From Clostridia bacterium (GTDB lineage Bacteria > Bacillota > Clostridia > RGIG6154): DNA of 64,000 nucleotides. The notes beneath the pieces were generated by a model. The model saw nothing but the letters and a program-made list of their open reading frames with translations. It ran no database searches and was not told the origin of the DNA. How positions within the stretch are numbered: the first letter of the stretch is position 1; each line of letters opens with the position of its first letter. The translations under genes were made by a program, and so were the position numbers. The stretch covers positions 9,192 to 73,191 of the forward strand of contig JAFQQW010000058.1 of assembly GCA_017410375.1 (NCBI GenBank), given 5' to 3'. This document shows positions 16,265 to 24,362 of this stretch, in pieces.

Positions 16265-16395
16265 GCGAGCTTCGCTCGCCCCTCGTGAAAAGTATTTCGA
16301 AGAAAACTTTTCACGAAAAAGGAGCAACCGACCGAAAAACGAAGTTGGGTTTGCCAAAACACAACGAGACAAACGGTCGTGTTGCGACACAAAAA
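16265..16395 (+). repeat. repeat family A copy
   Basis: Hairpin GAAAAGT-ATTTCGAAGAAA-ACTTTTC; tail AAAAGGAGCAACCGACCGAAAAACGAAGTTG...GTTGCGAC matches 4258-4340. Confidence 0.55.
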
Positions 16396-16412
16396 TAAAG
16401 GAGAGTTTTAAG

Positions 16413-17453
16413 ATGGCAATCAAACACACAGGTATCAGCTATTACGGCATCAATTACGTAGAGCATGCCGAAGCAGATTTTAAAGAAATGCTTGAACACG
16501 GTGTGGACACCGTTATCCTGGCAATCACCGAATTTGACATGGATTTCTGGTTTCCCAACATCAATAACATTGTAAAAAAAGCACATGAATTAGGACTTCG
16601 AGTTATCGCAGACCCCTGGGGTATCGGCAAATATTTCGGCGGTGAGCAGGTAAGCTTGTTCTTACAGAACAACATTCATCACCGTCAGGTTTCGGCATAC
16701 ACAGGCGAAGTGTTAAACGCCGCTTGCTTTAATACCAATTCGTTCCGGGACTATTTCAAAGGCATTTGCTTAAAGCTTGCCAAAAACACCGAAGTGGACG
16801 GCTTTTTCTGGGACGAACCCCACTACGCATATCCTAAGGCTTACGCTTCCATCACAGGCGGTGCCGGAGATGACTGGGCTTGCAGATGTCCCGAATGTAT
16901 GAAAAAGTTTGAGGACTACTACGGCTATGAAATGCCCAAATTCATGAACGATGACGTAAAGCAGTTCAGATGGAGAGAAGCGCTTTACACCTTAACAGAT
17001 GTTTCCAAGGCTTTAAAGGAATACAATCCGAATTTGGAAATCACCTGCTGTGTACACGCAACCCTGAACTCGTATTATGTAACCGAGCTTCGGGGCTATG
17101 ACAACTGGGATATGGTGGCAAGCTGTCCGTATTTTGACGTATTCTCCACCACCATCATCAACTGGACCCTGCCCGAAAGCTTTTTCCGTGAAATCACCGA
17201 GCGCACCGTTGCCATGGCGAAAAAGTACGGCAAGCAGTCCGAGCGCTGGCTGATGGGCTACAACAACCGCCCTGCCGATTTTAGTCAGATTGACAAAGTG
17301 GTTGATATGTACGAAGAATTAGGCGTTGACCGCCTGGCAACCTGGACATACAGAGGCGGCTACGGCACATCGGTTGCCGCAAAGGATGCTTTAGAGCTTT
17401 GGGACAACATCGGCAGAAACTATAAGCGCGTTTTGAAAAAGGAGGACAAATAA
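16413..17453 (+). CDS. hypothetical TIM-barrel sugar-processing enzyme (GH42/clan-A-like)
   Basis: GAGAG RBS before the ATG at 16413; hydrolase-like beta/alpha periodicity; the ORF-track start at 16245 lies inside a repeat. Confidence 0.4.
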   Translation: MAIKHTGISYYGINYVEHAEADFKEMLEHGVDTVILAITEFDMDFWFPNINNIVKKAHELGLRVIADPWGIGKYFGGEQVSLFLQNNIHHRQVSAYTGEVLNAACFNTNSFRDYFKGICLKLAKNTEVDGFFWDEPHYAYPKAYASITGGAGDDWACRCPECMKKFEDYYGYEMPKFMNDDVKQFRWREALYTLTDVSKALKEYNPNLEITCCVHATLNSYYVTELRGYDNWDMVASCPYFDVFSTTIINWTLPESFFREITERTVAMAKKYGKQSERWLMGYNNRPADFSQIDKVVDMYEELGVDRLATWTYRGGYGTSVAAKDALELWDNIGRNYKRVLKKEDK

Positions 17454-18203
17454 ATGCAGGATTTTGGTTATTATGAATCTATACTTAAAAATTTAGAACA
17501 GGTCAATGCCACCCAGGAAGAAACTATCAAGGCGGCAGGCAAGCTGATGGCAGATGCCATTGCAGAGGACCGTTTAATTCATGTGTACGGCGGTGGCGGT
17601 CACACCACATTGCCGGTGGGTGAAATGTTTTTCCGTGCAGGTGGGCTTTCTTGCATCAACCCCGTTATGGAAACAGGCCTTTCGGTATTCAATCAGGCTT
17701 TAAAATACTTAGAATTAGAGCGCACCGTAAACTACGGCAGCTCTATCATGAAGTATTATGACTTAAAAAAAGACGATGTCTTAATTATTTTCCACAACAT
17801 CGGCATCAACCCTGCCACCATTGATGCGGCTATGGAAGCCAAAAAGCAGGGTGCAAAAATCATTGCGGTTTCATCCTCTTACTGGCAGGACGAAATGCCG
17901 GCTGACCATTTTATCCGTCATCCCAATAAGACAAACCTCTTTGATTATGCAGACGTTTGCATTGACGATTTCAATCCCGTAGGCGATGCGGTGGTTAACG
18001 TGCCGGGTCTTGATACCCCCATCGCGCCCATTTCCAACATTGTGGATTTTTATATCGCACATTTATTGGAAATCGAAACAGTACGCCAGTGCGTAGAACG
18101 TGGCATCACACCGCCCGTGTGGAACAGCGCCAACACCCCCGGCGGTGACGAAAAGAACGCAGGCTATCTTGAAAAATATAAACCCAGAATCAAAATGTTA
18201 TAA
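17454..18203 (+). CDS. SIS (sugar isomerase) domain protein
   Basis: Rossmann-like SIS fold segments (IHVYGGGGH...); translationally coupled to the upstream gene (TAAATG). Confidence 0.65.
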   Translation: MQDFGYYESILKNLEQVNATQEETIKAAGKLMADAIAEDRLIHVYGGGGHTTLPVGEMFFRAGGLSCINPVMETGLSVFNQALKYLELERTVNYGSSIMKYYDLKKDDVLIIFHNIGINPATIDAAMEAKKQGAKIIAVSSSYWQDEMPADHFIRHPNKTNLFDYADVCIDDFNPVGDAVVNVPGLDTPIAPISNIVDFYIAHLLEIETVRQCVERGITPPVWNSANTPGGDEKNAGYLEKYKPRIKML

Positions 18204-18384
18204 TCAAAAAGGAACTCTGTGTTAAACAGAGTTCCTTTTTTTACTTTAATAAAAAATTCCGTAAAATCTTGTGTTACAAAGCAAAAGTATATTAAAAAAT
18301 AGTATTTTGTGCACTTTTTTTAATTTAAGAAGGGGTAAGCAACAGATTCAAAATAGCACTTTAAATAAATTTTAAAGATAAAGG

Positions 18385-18413
18385 TTGCTATTTGCAAAAA
18401 GATATGGTAAAAT
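18385..18413 (+). promoter_or_regulatory. sigma-A-like promoter TTGCTA-17-TAAAAT
   Basis: Hexamers at 18385-18390 and 18408-18413 with a 17-nt spacer, upstream of the structured leader. Confidence 0.4.
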
Positions 18414-18608
18414 AAATACGACCAAACACAAATGAATATTTACTTCCAAGAGAGATATGCTATCTGTAAAAAGCGTACCTCTGCTTCTGTTGTATCTCTC
18501 ATATGGAAGGATATTTTGTGTTTGGTCGCACGTAACGAAGTTGGAGCTCTGCGTTTTTTGGGTGCACACTTCGTTGTGCACTTTTTTTAATTCAAGGAGG
18601 AAAATGAT
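18414..18608 (+). promoter_or_regulatory. structured 5' leader (riboswitch- or attenuator-like) with a terminator/antiterminator, homologous to 4736-4944
   Basis: 14-bp long-range helix CGACCAAACACAAA (18417-18430) / TTTGTGTTTGGTCG (18512-18525); core GCTATCTGTAAAAAGCGTAC; ACGAAGT / ACTTCGT alternative pairing; hairpin GTGCACACTTCGTTGTGCAC plus T7 abutting AAGGAGG. Confidence 0.4.
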
Positions 18609-18857
18609 ATGTCCGGGCAATTCACTGACAGAGAGGATTTTTTCAAAGATGTACGAATGCGCATGATTAAATACTATATAGAAGACTATGTGCAGAACAC
18701 TATGATGCGTATGGATTTCGAGGAAGTTCTGAACAACTCCTTTGATAAATTTTTTAAGACATTGGAAAAAATCATACATAGCGAAAAGTTAGATGACAGC
18801 ACAAAGGTGGAAAAAATCTTAAAGCTAATCCAAAAATATCAGTTAACATTAGATTAA
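18609..18857 (+). CDS. small conserved hypothetical protein (82 aa), paralog of 4487-4735
   Basis: Shares the EKLDD(S/T)xKVEK(I/L)LKLIQKY C-terminus and MDFEE core with its paralog. Confidence 0.55.
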   Translation: MSGQFTDREDFFKDVRMRMIKYYIEDYVQNTMMRMDFEEVLNNSFDKFFKTLEKIIHSEKLDDSTKVEKILKLIQKYQLTLD

Positions 18858-18870
18858 AGCAGATGCTTCT

Positions 18871-18912
18871 GCCGTTAAAAAGGGCTGTAAATTTATTACA
18901 GCCCTTTTTTGG
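18871..18912. terminator. bidirectional terminator AAAGGGCTGTAAATTTATTACAGCCCTTT
   Basis: 10-bp stem with a T-run 3' on plus and an A-run 5'. Confidence 0.6.
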
Positions 18913-19029
18913 GGAATAGGAAAAAATGTTTGGAATGAACGAATCGAACCCCAAAGGGGTATGCCCGCAATTATACAAAGGTATATTGCGGGTTTGATTC
19001 GTTTATAGCAAAAACGCATCAATCAAAAG

Positions 19030-19064
19030 AAAACACGCAAAAAATTTGCGTGTTTTCTTCATTT
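19030..19064. terminator. hairpin GAAAACACGCAAAAAATTTGCGTGTTTTC, candidate terminator for the giant minus-strand gene
   Basis: 12-bp stem followed by U-rich tracts on both strands. Confidence 0.45.
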
Positions 19065-19153
19065 TGTGCCTTTCTTGTAAGCTTGTAGGAACTTCGTTTG
19101 TCTTTATACTCGCGTTTTTGCGATCCGGACTTTTTTTACATTCCCTTTTATGT

Positions 19154-22100
19154 TTATTTGCCTTTAATGGTTATTGTAGGCTTAAATTTCGACCAGTCTG
19201 CATCGGAGTTATAGGCTTCGGTGATTGTTTTGCAATCTACCAGCAACAGCAACTGTTCCGAATTGCTTCTGTCCTCATTGTTGTCGATTTTTGCGGTAAT
19301 TTTCTGTTCATCACCGTTTAAATCCTTGTAAGCAATTTCAATCTCCAGACCTTTGAGCATGCCGGGTGCCACCTCAAAGGGGAAATCCTTTCTGTTGCAA
19401 ACCAGGCGTAAGCCTGTACCCTCACCTGCGTTGGTGGGCTTAACCGTAAAGGTCTTAAAGTCAGCAGGAAGTGTTGCATCAGAGGTTGCAGGCGGCAAAG
19501 TAACTTCGGGTGCTTCTACCGCACCTGCATCCTCACCGGGCGCAATAATGGTTAAGGTAAACTTGTGCGTCTTTGCCTTGTCATTATCGTAGTCAATTGC
19601 CTTTAAGCCGTTAACGGGGTCAAGCTGCAGAACGGTTGCGGTTTCACGCATTTCGTTCTTCATGATGGTGCCCACAAATTCCTGTTCGTCACCATTGTCT
19701 ACGCTCTTCATTTTAATTTTAATCTTAAGACCCTTTAACATATCCTCAGCCAGTGCAAAGGGATATTTGTCAAGCGGTGTTACAAAACGGAGGCTTTCAC
19801 TGCTTACGCCCTGGGTGCTGTAAGGAATGCTGAAGCTCTTGAATTCGGGAAGCTTGCTGCCGGGTGCTGCGCCCTGCTGGGCAGCATCGCTGTCAAACTT
19901 ACCGCTTGCGTTTAATTTCACATCTTCAAAATCCTTGTCGGGCGAGAGAATCACCATGTCACAAGGAAGTGTTGCAATCAGTCTGTAATCCTGATACGGA
20001 ACAGCCTCGGTGGGTTCAACGCAAAGCACAAACGTACCGTCATCACGCACTTCGTTAGCCGTAATAACACTCTCTAAAAGCACCTTTTGTCCGGTCGCCT
20101 TATCGGTCATAATGCCTTTAATCTGCAAGCCTGCAAGCATGTTCGGGGTAATCTTTTCCCAGGGAGCGCCCTCAAGTCTTGTTACAAAGCGCAAAAGGTT
20201 GTTGCCGCAGCCCATACCGTGAATGGAAGCGGTAAAGTTTTCAAAGGGCTTTAAGCCGGACTTTAATGCCTCAACCTTATCGCCTTTTTTATATGCCTTC
20301 TGCTCGCTTGCCTTGATGGGGCTTAAAGTACCTTCGCCCAAATCAATTTCTTTGCCGGAATGGTCGGTTGCCTTAACGCTGAAATTAAAGTCAGCCTTGG
20401 GATTATCCACCTTAACGATGGTTTCGAAGGGATATACATCAATCTTTCTGCTTTCGGTCTTACCGTCAACCGTATAGGTAAAGGTCACATCCTTTACATC
20501 CTTTGCCATCTTGGTCGAATAGATGTATGCATAGTAGTTATTGTCGTTAAACTGCATGAGATATGCCTTACCGCCGTCAAACTGTGCAACGGTGTTGCCG
20601 ATAGACTGGGAAGGTGTATATTCTCTTACATAAGACGGCACCTTTACATCCGGGTGCAATACCACAGACTGAATGCCCTTTGCAGGAATGGTTAAGGTAA
20701 ACTTACCGTCAACGATTTCAACGGTGGACTTGTTGCCTTCCTTATCGTAAAGGGTTGCGGTTTCGCTATACGAAGAAGCGTTCGGAATCTTGTCACCCAA
20801 AGTAATGGTGGTGGTTAAGGTATCTGCGCCTTCGTTTACAAATGCAACGCCTAAAACGCCGTCCTTTTTCGCAGGTAAGTAGTCAACGTCCGGAGAATCG
20901 GGCTCTACAATACCGCGGTCTAACCACATCCACATACCGTCTTCATCATAGAATTTACCCGAATCAAAACCGTACTGGTTGGTTACAAAGTATGCATAAC
21001 CTTGGTTTACAGCGGTGGGGAATTCTACCTTTCCGCCGGATTTCTGCCAGATGTCATTGATTAAGAAGTCTTCCATGAGCCCCAAGAATACCGGAATATG
21101 ATGCCAGTAAATCAGGTTGGAGTCAGGACCGTCGATGGGATAGTTTGCCTTCTTGTCATGGAACGAATATCTTTCGTAATAGTAACCCGAATAGTTTCCG
21201 AATCGACCAATCATGGCATTTCTTGCCTGGGTGATGAAGAAATCATCGCCTGTATATTCACCAAGTCTTAAACCGGTACCTGCCCACATGTTCATGATGA
21301 TGGCATTACCGTTTGAAGGTGTCATGGTGTGCTCGGTGGACATACCTGCTCTTGCAGGTACCCAACCGGGGCCTGTTTCGGTTTCAATCAGCTTTTCACT
21401 CGGATTTTCGGCATCAAATACCGGCTTATTTACGCCAACCGGGTTACCGATACGCCACTGGGTACCGTCCTTATGGAAGAACCAGGTTGCTTTATCGTTT
21501 GCCATGGGTCTGGAATAGAATTTTTCGGGGGTTACGGTGTAGTCGGTGGTCGCATAATCATTCTGATAGCCTGTGGTCCAGAGCGCCATCATAATCAGCT
21601 GACCCACTTCTTCTGCCGCATCTAAGTATTTCTGTTCGCCTGTTGCTTCGTACGCAGAAATGAACGACTGCAGCATCGGCACATCATTGGAGTAGATAAA
21701 TCCGCCGTAGGGCTTGGTATAGAAGGTTGTGCCTTCTTTCAAGGTGCTGTCAATATATTTGTCGGTTGCTGCCTTGATTTCTTCTTCATACTGACCGGGG
21801 AACATATCGTTCATTGCGGTGTAGCCGGTAACCGCAGAAAGGTTATTGCCTGCGCCAAGCTTAGATACCGCATGGTTCATCAGGAACGGCGTTCTGCCCT
21901 GGGACATACGGTAAAGCGCAAGGTAGGAGGAAGGTCCGAAACCGCCGTTAAAGCCATTCAGGGGCACGGGGGTAACAGAAGTGTAGGAGTTAGAGCCTTC
22001 CACACGCTTAAAGTGCATACCGCCTCTGGAAATCATGTAAGCGATGGACGGAATACCGCGTTCTTCCAAAATTTCTTCGTTGTCGGTGAGCATGTATCTC

Positions 22101-24136
22101 TGCATCAATTCCACAACGTTGGACTGGGTGGTAACCATTTTCGCTTCCATGTTATAAAATGCCATATCCTTGTCATCCCAACCGCCGTAGGTATCGTCCA
22201 TAATCAGGTCGGTACAGTTGTAGATGGCTTCGTTCAAGGAATGATATACATTATGACGCAGGTCAACGCAGTTAAAGATGTCCTGTGCCACATGCTTGTA
22301 GTTGTCATACCAGTCATCGCCGTTGTAAATCAAGCGGTAACCGAAGGTATGTACATCGCCTGCTTCGAAAACAGAGCCTTCAGAGCCCTGAAGCGGCGCA
22401 ATAATCTGACCTCTTACATTGCCGTTGGGGGCACGGAACAAGATACCGTAATCGGATCTGCCGGGGGTTGCAATGTCCTGACGGACAAACAGCGGGTCAA
22501 CTGCAATACCCTTGGTGATTGCGTTCTCGCCTTCACCGAAGGTAAAGGTTACCATAGGTGTAAACATCATGTATTCTGCCAGTACCGCATCGTCTTCGGG
22601 CACAAAATCCTTGGTGTACATCAAGGGTGCGGTTACACGGTCATAGGTACCGTCTTTAAAATCAGAACCGGTAAAGTGTGCAAACGAATACGAGCCGGGA
22701 GTCTTGATGGTTGCATTAAAGGTAACTTTGGGTTCATAGGTTACATCGTTATAAGTATATGTAAGGGTTGCATCTACATTTGCGTTAGACAGACCCAAAA
22801 CAACGGTCTGGTCATCCAGCTTCTGCATGGTGGTGGGAATTAACCACTCAGAGGTACCTGATTTGTAGAAATTCTTGTGACCGCTTAAGGTCAGTTCACC
22901 GTCATGGGTATCAAAGGTAGAGGTAAATCTGTGCCAGGGTGTTTCGGAAAGGGATGCAACGGGCGGTCTGGTAGTGGAAAGCGGTGCGTCGTTTGCACGA
23001 ACTGCCAGTACACCCAAATCCTCGTTTCTGCCCTTTACTTCAATCCAATTGCCGTTTTTGTTGATTAAAATACGGTTCTGGATAACAGAGCCACGGTTTG
23101 TGGTACCCTGATAGAATTCAATTTTAATCTTGTCGTTGCCGATGGTTTCGGAAGCAACGTCTTCGATTTCGCCCTTTGCCCACTGGGGATAGTTACCGGG
23201 AATAATCGCACCGACTTTAGAGCTTTCCTGATAATAATCCATATATCCTGTATCGGAAGGCACAAAGTTTAAGTCAGGACTCACCATAACACCTGCCGCA
23301 CGGGCAAAGAATCTTGAAGTATCCTGGAAGGAAATCTTGTGTGCGCCTTTGGTCAGCTCATACACGCCAACCTCGTCAAAGGAAAAGCCTTCCTTACCGT
23401 GTGCACCAAACTTTGTGGGCGAACGCTGACCGTCTACCGCAATGTGGAAAAAGCGGGTACCGGGCTGGTTGGTCTTATAGTCCTTGGAAAGACCCCAGAT
23501 TTTGTATTTGCCGTCAAAGGGAATGTCAATCAAAAGCTCTGCATCTCCGTCGGTTGCACCGATTTCTAAGGTTTCACCGTCTTTTGTGGTGGTTCTGCCC
23601 TTAATGATGCCGTCGCCGTCTACAGACCAAACACCCAAATCATAGCAGTCGGATACCGAATAGTAACGGGTAAAGGATTCGGCGGATTCCTGATCTAAAA
23701 CGCGGTCAATGGTAACGGTCTGGGTCTTGTCATCCCAGCCTACCTTCGCACCTAAGGATTCGGATACAAAGCGAATGGGAACCAAAGTTCTGCCGTCTTT
23801 TAATACAGCAGGCTGGTCTAATTCATACGCTTCACCGTTTACGGTTGCGGTGGTGTCACCAATGGGCAATACCATCGAGCCGGAGGTATTGCTGTATGCC
23901 GTAACGGTTTCGTTCAATTCGCTCCAGTACACGGTTGTGTCCAGTGCTTCAAAAATGGCACGCATAGGTACCATGGTACGGTCATTCATTAAGATGGGCT
24001 GTACATCAAATTCCAGCTTTTCACCGTTTAAAATAACCGTGATGTTGTCTGCCGCGCTAACGGTTGCAGGCACGAATGCAAGCATGGATGCCAGCATGCA
24101 AAGCACAACAAACAACGAAGTCAGTTTTTTACTCAT
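19154..24136 (-). CDS. giant secreted multidomain protein (1660 aa): signal peptide, two Cu-amine-oxidase-N-like domains, a large probable carbohydrate-active central region, three C-terminal repeats of about 110 aa
   Basis: Uninterrupted 4983-nt ORF; N-terminal hydrophobic signal; DRTMVPMR / GRTLVPIR stalk motifs; C-terminal repeats share LRFV...ML.GL.I.I...G.EQ. Confidence 0.7.
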   Translation of the reverse strand: MSKKLTSLFVVLCMLASMLAFVPATVSAADNITVILNGEKLEFDVQPILMNDRTMVPMRAIFEALDTTVYWSELNETVTAYSNTSGSMVLPIGDTTATVNGEAYELDQPAVLKDGRTLVPIRFVSESLGAKVGWDDKTQTVTIDRVLDQESAESFTRYYSVSDCYDLGVWSVDGDGIIKGRTTTKDGETLEIGATDGDAELLIDIPFDGKYKIWGLSKDYKTNQPGTRFFHIAVDGQRSPTKFGAHGKEGFSFDEVGVYELTKGAHKISFQDTSRFFARAAGVMVSPDLNFVPSDTGYMDYYQESSKVGAIIPGNYPQWAKGEIEDVASETIGNDKIKIEFYQGTTNRGSVIQNRILINKNGNWIEVKGRNEDLGVLAVRANDAPLSTTRPPVASLSETPWHRFTSTFDTHDGELTLSGHKNFYKSGTSEWLIPTTMQKLDDQTVVLGLSNANVDATLTYTYNDVTYEPKVTFNATIKTPGSYSFAHFTGSDFKDGTYDRVTAPLMYTKDFVPEDDAVLAEYMMFTPMVTFTFGEGENAITKGIAVDPLFVRQDIATPGRSDYGILFRAPNGNVRGQIIAPLQGSEGSVFEAGDVHTFGYRLIYNGDDWYDNYKHVAQDIFNCVDLRHNVYHSLNEAIYNCTDLIMDDTYGGWDDKDMAFYNMEAKMVTTQSNVVELMQRYMLTDNEEILEERGIPSIAYMISRGGMHFKRVEGSNSYTSVTPVPLNGFNGGFGPSSYLALYRMSQGRTPFLMNHAVSKLGAGNNLSAVTGYTAMNDMFPGQYEEEIKAATDKYIDSTLKEGTTFYTKPYGGFIYSNDVPMLQSFISAYEATGEQKYLDAAEEVGQLIMMALWTTGYQNDYATTDYTVTPEKFYSRPMANDKATWFFHKDGTQWRIGNPVGVNKPVFDAENPSEKLIETETGPGWVPARAGMSTEHTMTPSNGNAIIMNMWAGTGLRLGEYTGDDFFITQARNAMIGRFGNYSGYYYERYSFHDKKANYPIDGPDSNLIYWHHIPVFLGLMEDFLINDIWQKSGGKVEFPTAVNQGYAYFVTNQYGFDSGKFYDEDGMWMWLDRGIVEPDSPDVDYLPAKKDGVLGVAFVNEGADTLTTTITLGDKIPNASSYSETATLYDKEGNKSTVEIVDGKFTLTIPAKGIQSVVLHPDVKVPSYVREYTPSQSIGNTVAQFDGGKAYLMQFNDNNYYAYIYSTKMAKDVKDVTFTYTVDGKTESRKIDVYPFETIVKVDNPKADFNFSVKATDHSGKEIDLGEGTLSPIKASEQKAYKKGDKVEALKSGLKPFENFTASIHGMGCGNNLLRFVTRLEGAPWEKITPNMLAGLQIKGIMTDKATGQKVLLESVITANEVRDDGTFVLCVEPTEAVPYQDYRLIATLPCDMVILSPDKDFEDVKLNASGKFDSDAAQQGAAPGSKLPEFKSFSIPYSTQGVSSESLRFVTPLDKYPFALAEDMLKGLKIKIKMKSVDNGDEQEFVGTIMKNEMRETATVLQLDPVNGLKAIDYDNDKAKTHKFTLTIIAPGEDAGAVEAPEVTLPPATSDATLPADFKTFTVKPTNAGEGTGLRLVCNRKDFPFEVAPGMLKGLEIEIAYKDLNGDEQKITAKIDNNEDRSNSEQLLLLVDCKTITEAYNSDADWSKFKPTITIKGK

Positions 24137-24198
24137 ACTTCTTCATCCTTTCTTACTTTTTACAGGTGATGTAAAAACTACACCTATTGTATAAAACT

Positions 24199-24228
24199 AT
24201 TATACACTACCCTTTAAATTGCTGTCAA
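24199..24228 (-). promoter_or_regulatory. consensus sigma-A promoter TTGACA-18-TATAAT for the giant gene
   Basis: -35 at 24223-24228 and -10 at 24199-24204 on the minus strand. Confidence 0.5.
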
Positions 24229-24270
24229 TAGCAATATGTTGCGCAAAAATAGCAAAATGTTGTTTTTTCA

Positions 24271-24300
24271 AAAAAGAAGCACCCGCAGAGGGGTGCAAAA
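24271..24300 (-). terminator. hairpin GCACCCCTCTGCGGGTGC plus T-run after the methyltransferase gene
   Basis: GC-rich 6-bp stem followed by CTTCTTTTTTG on the minus strand. Confidence 0.55.
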
Positions 24301-24362
24301 CAAAGATATGTGTTTTTGTGTGAGGTACTTAAAGTTTGCCCCGATTTTTTTTAGACTATACC

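Noticed and set aside
13461-17453. Specific CAZy family numbers for the three TIM-barrel hydrolase-like genes
   Set aside because: I can see a clan-A-like catalytic Glu context and TIM-barrel periodicity. I cannot match definitive family signatures (GH20 H-x-G-G-D-E, GH42, GH113) by eye, so only generic calls are given.
18930-19012. tRNA gene suggested by the T-arm-like GGGGTTCGATTCG motif
   Set aside because: No acceptor, D or anticodon arms can be drawn. The element folds as an outer stem plus two hairpins and not as a cloverleaf. It is kept only as an unexplained structured element.
21872-22843. 323-aa plus-strand ORF and several other ORFs of 60-160 aa inside 19154-24136
   Set aside because: They are antisense or alternative frames within the uninterrupted 4983-nt giant gene. 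They are low-complexity Gly/Val/His-rich translations without start signals.
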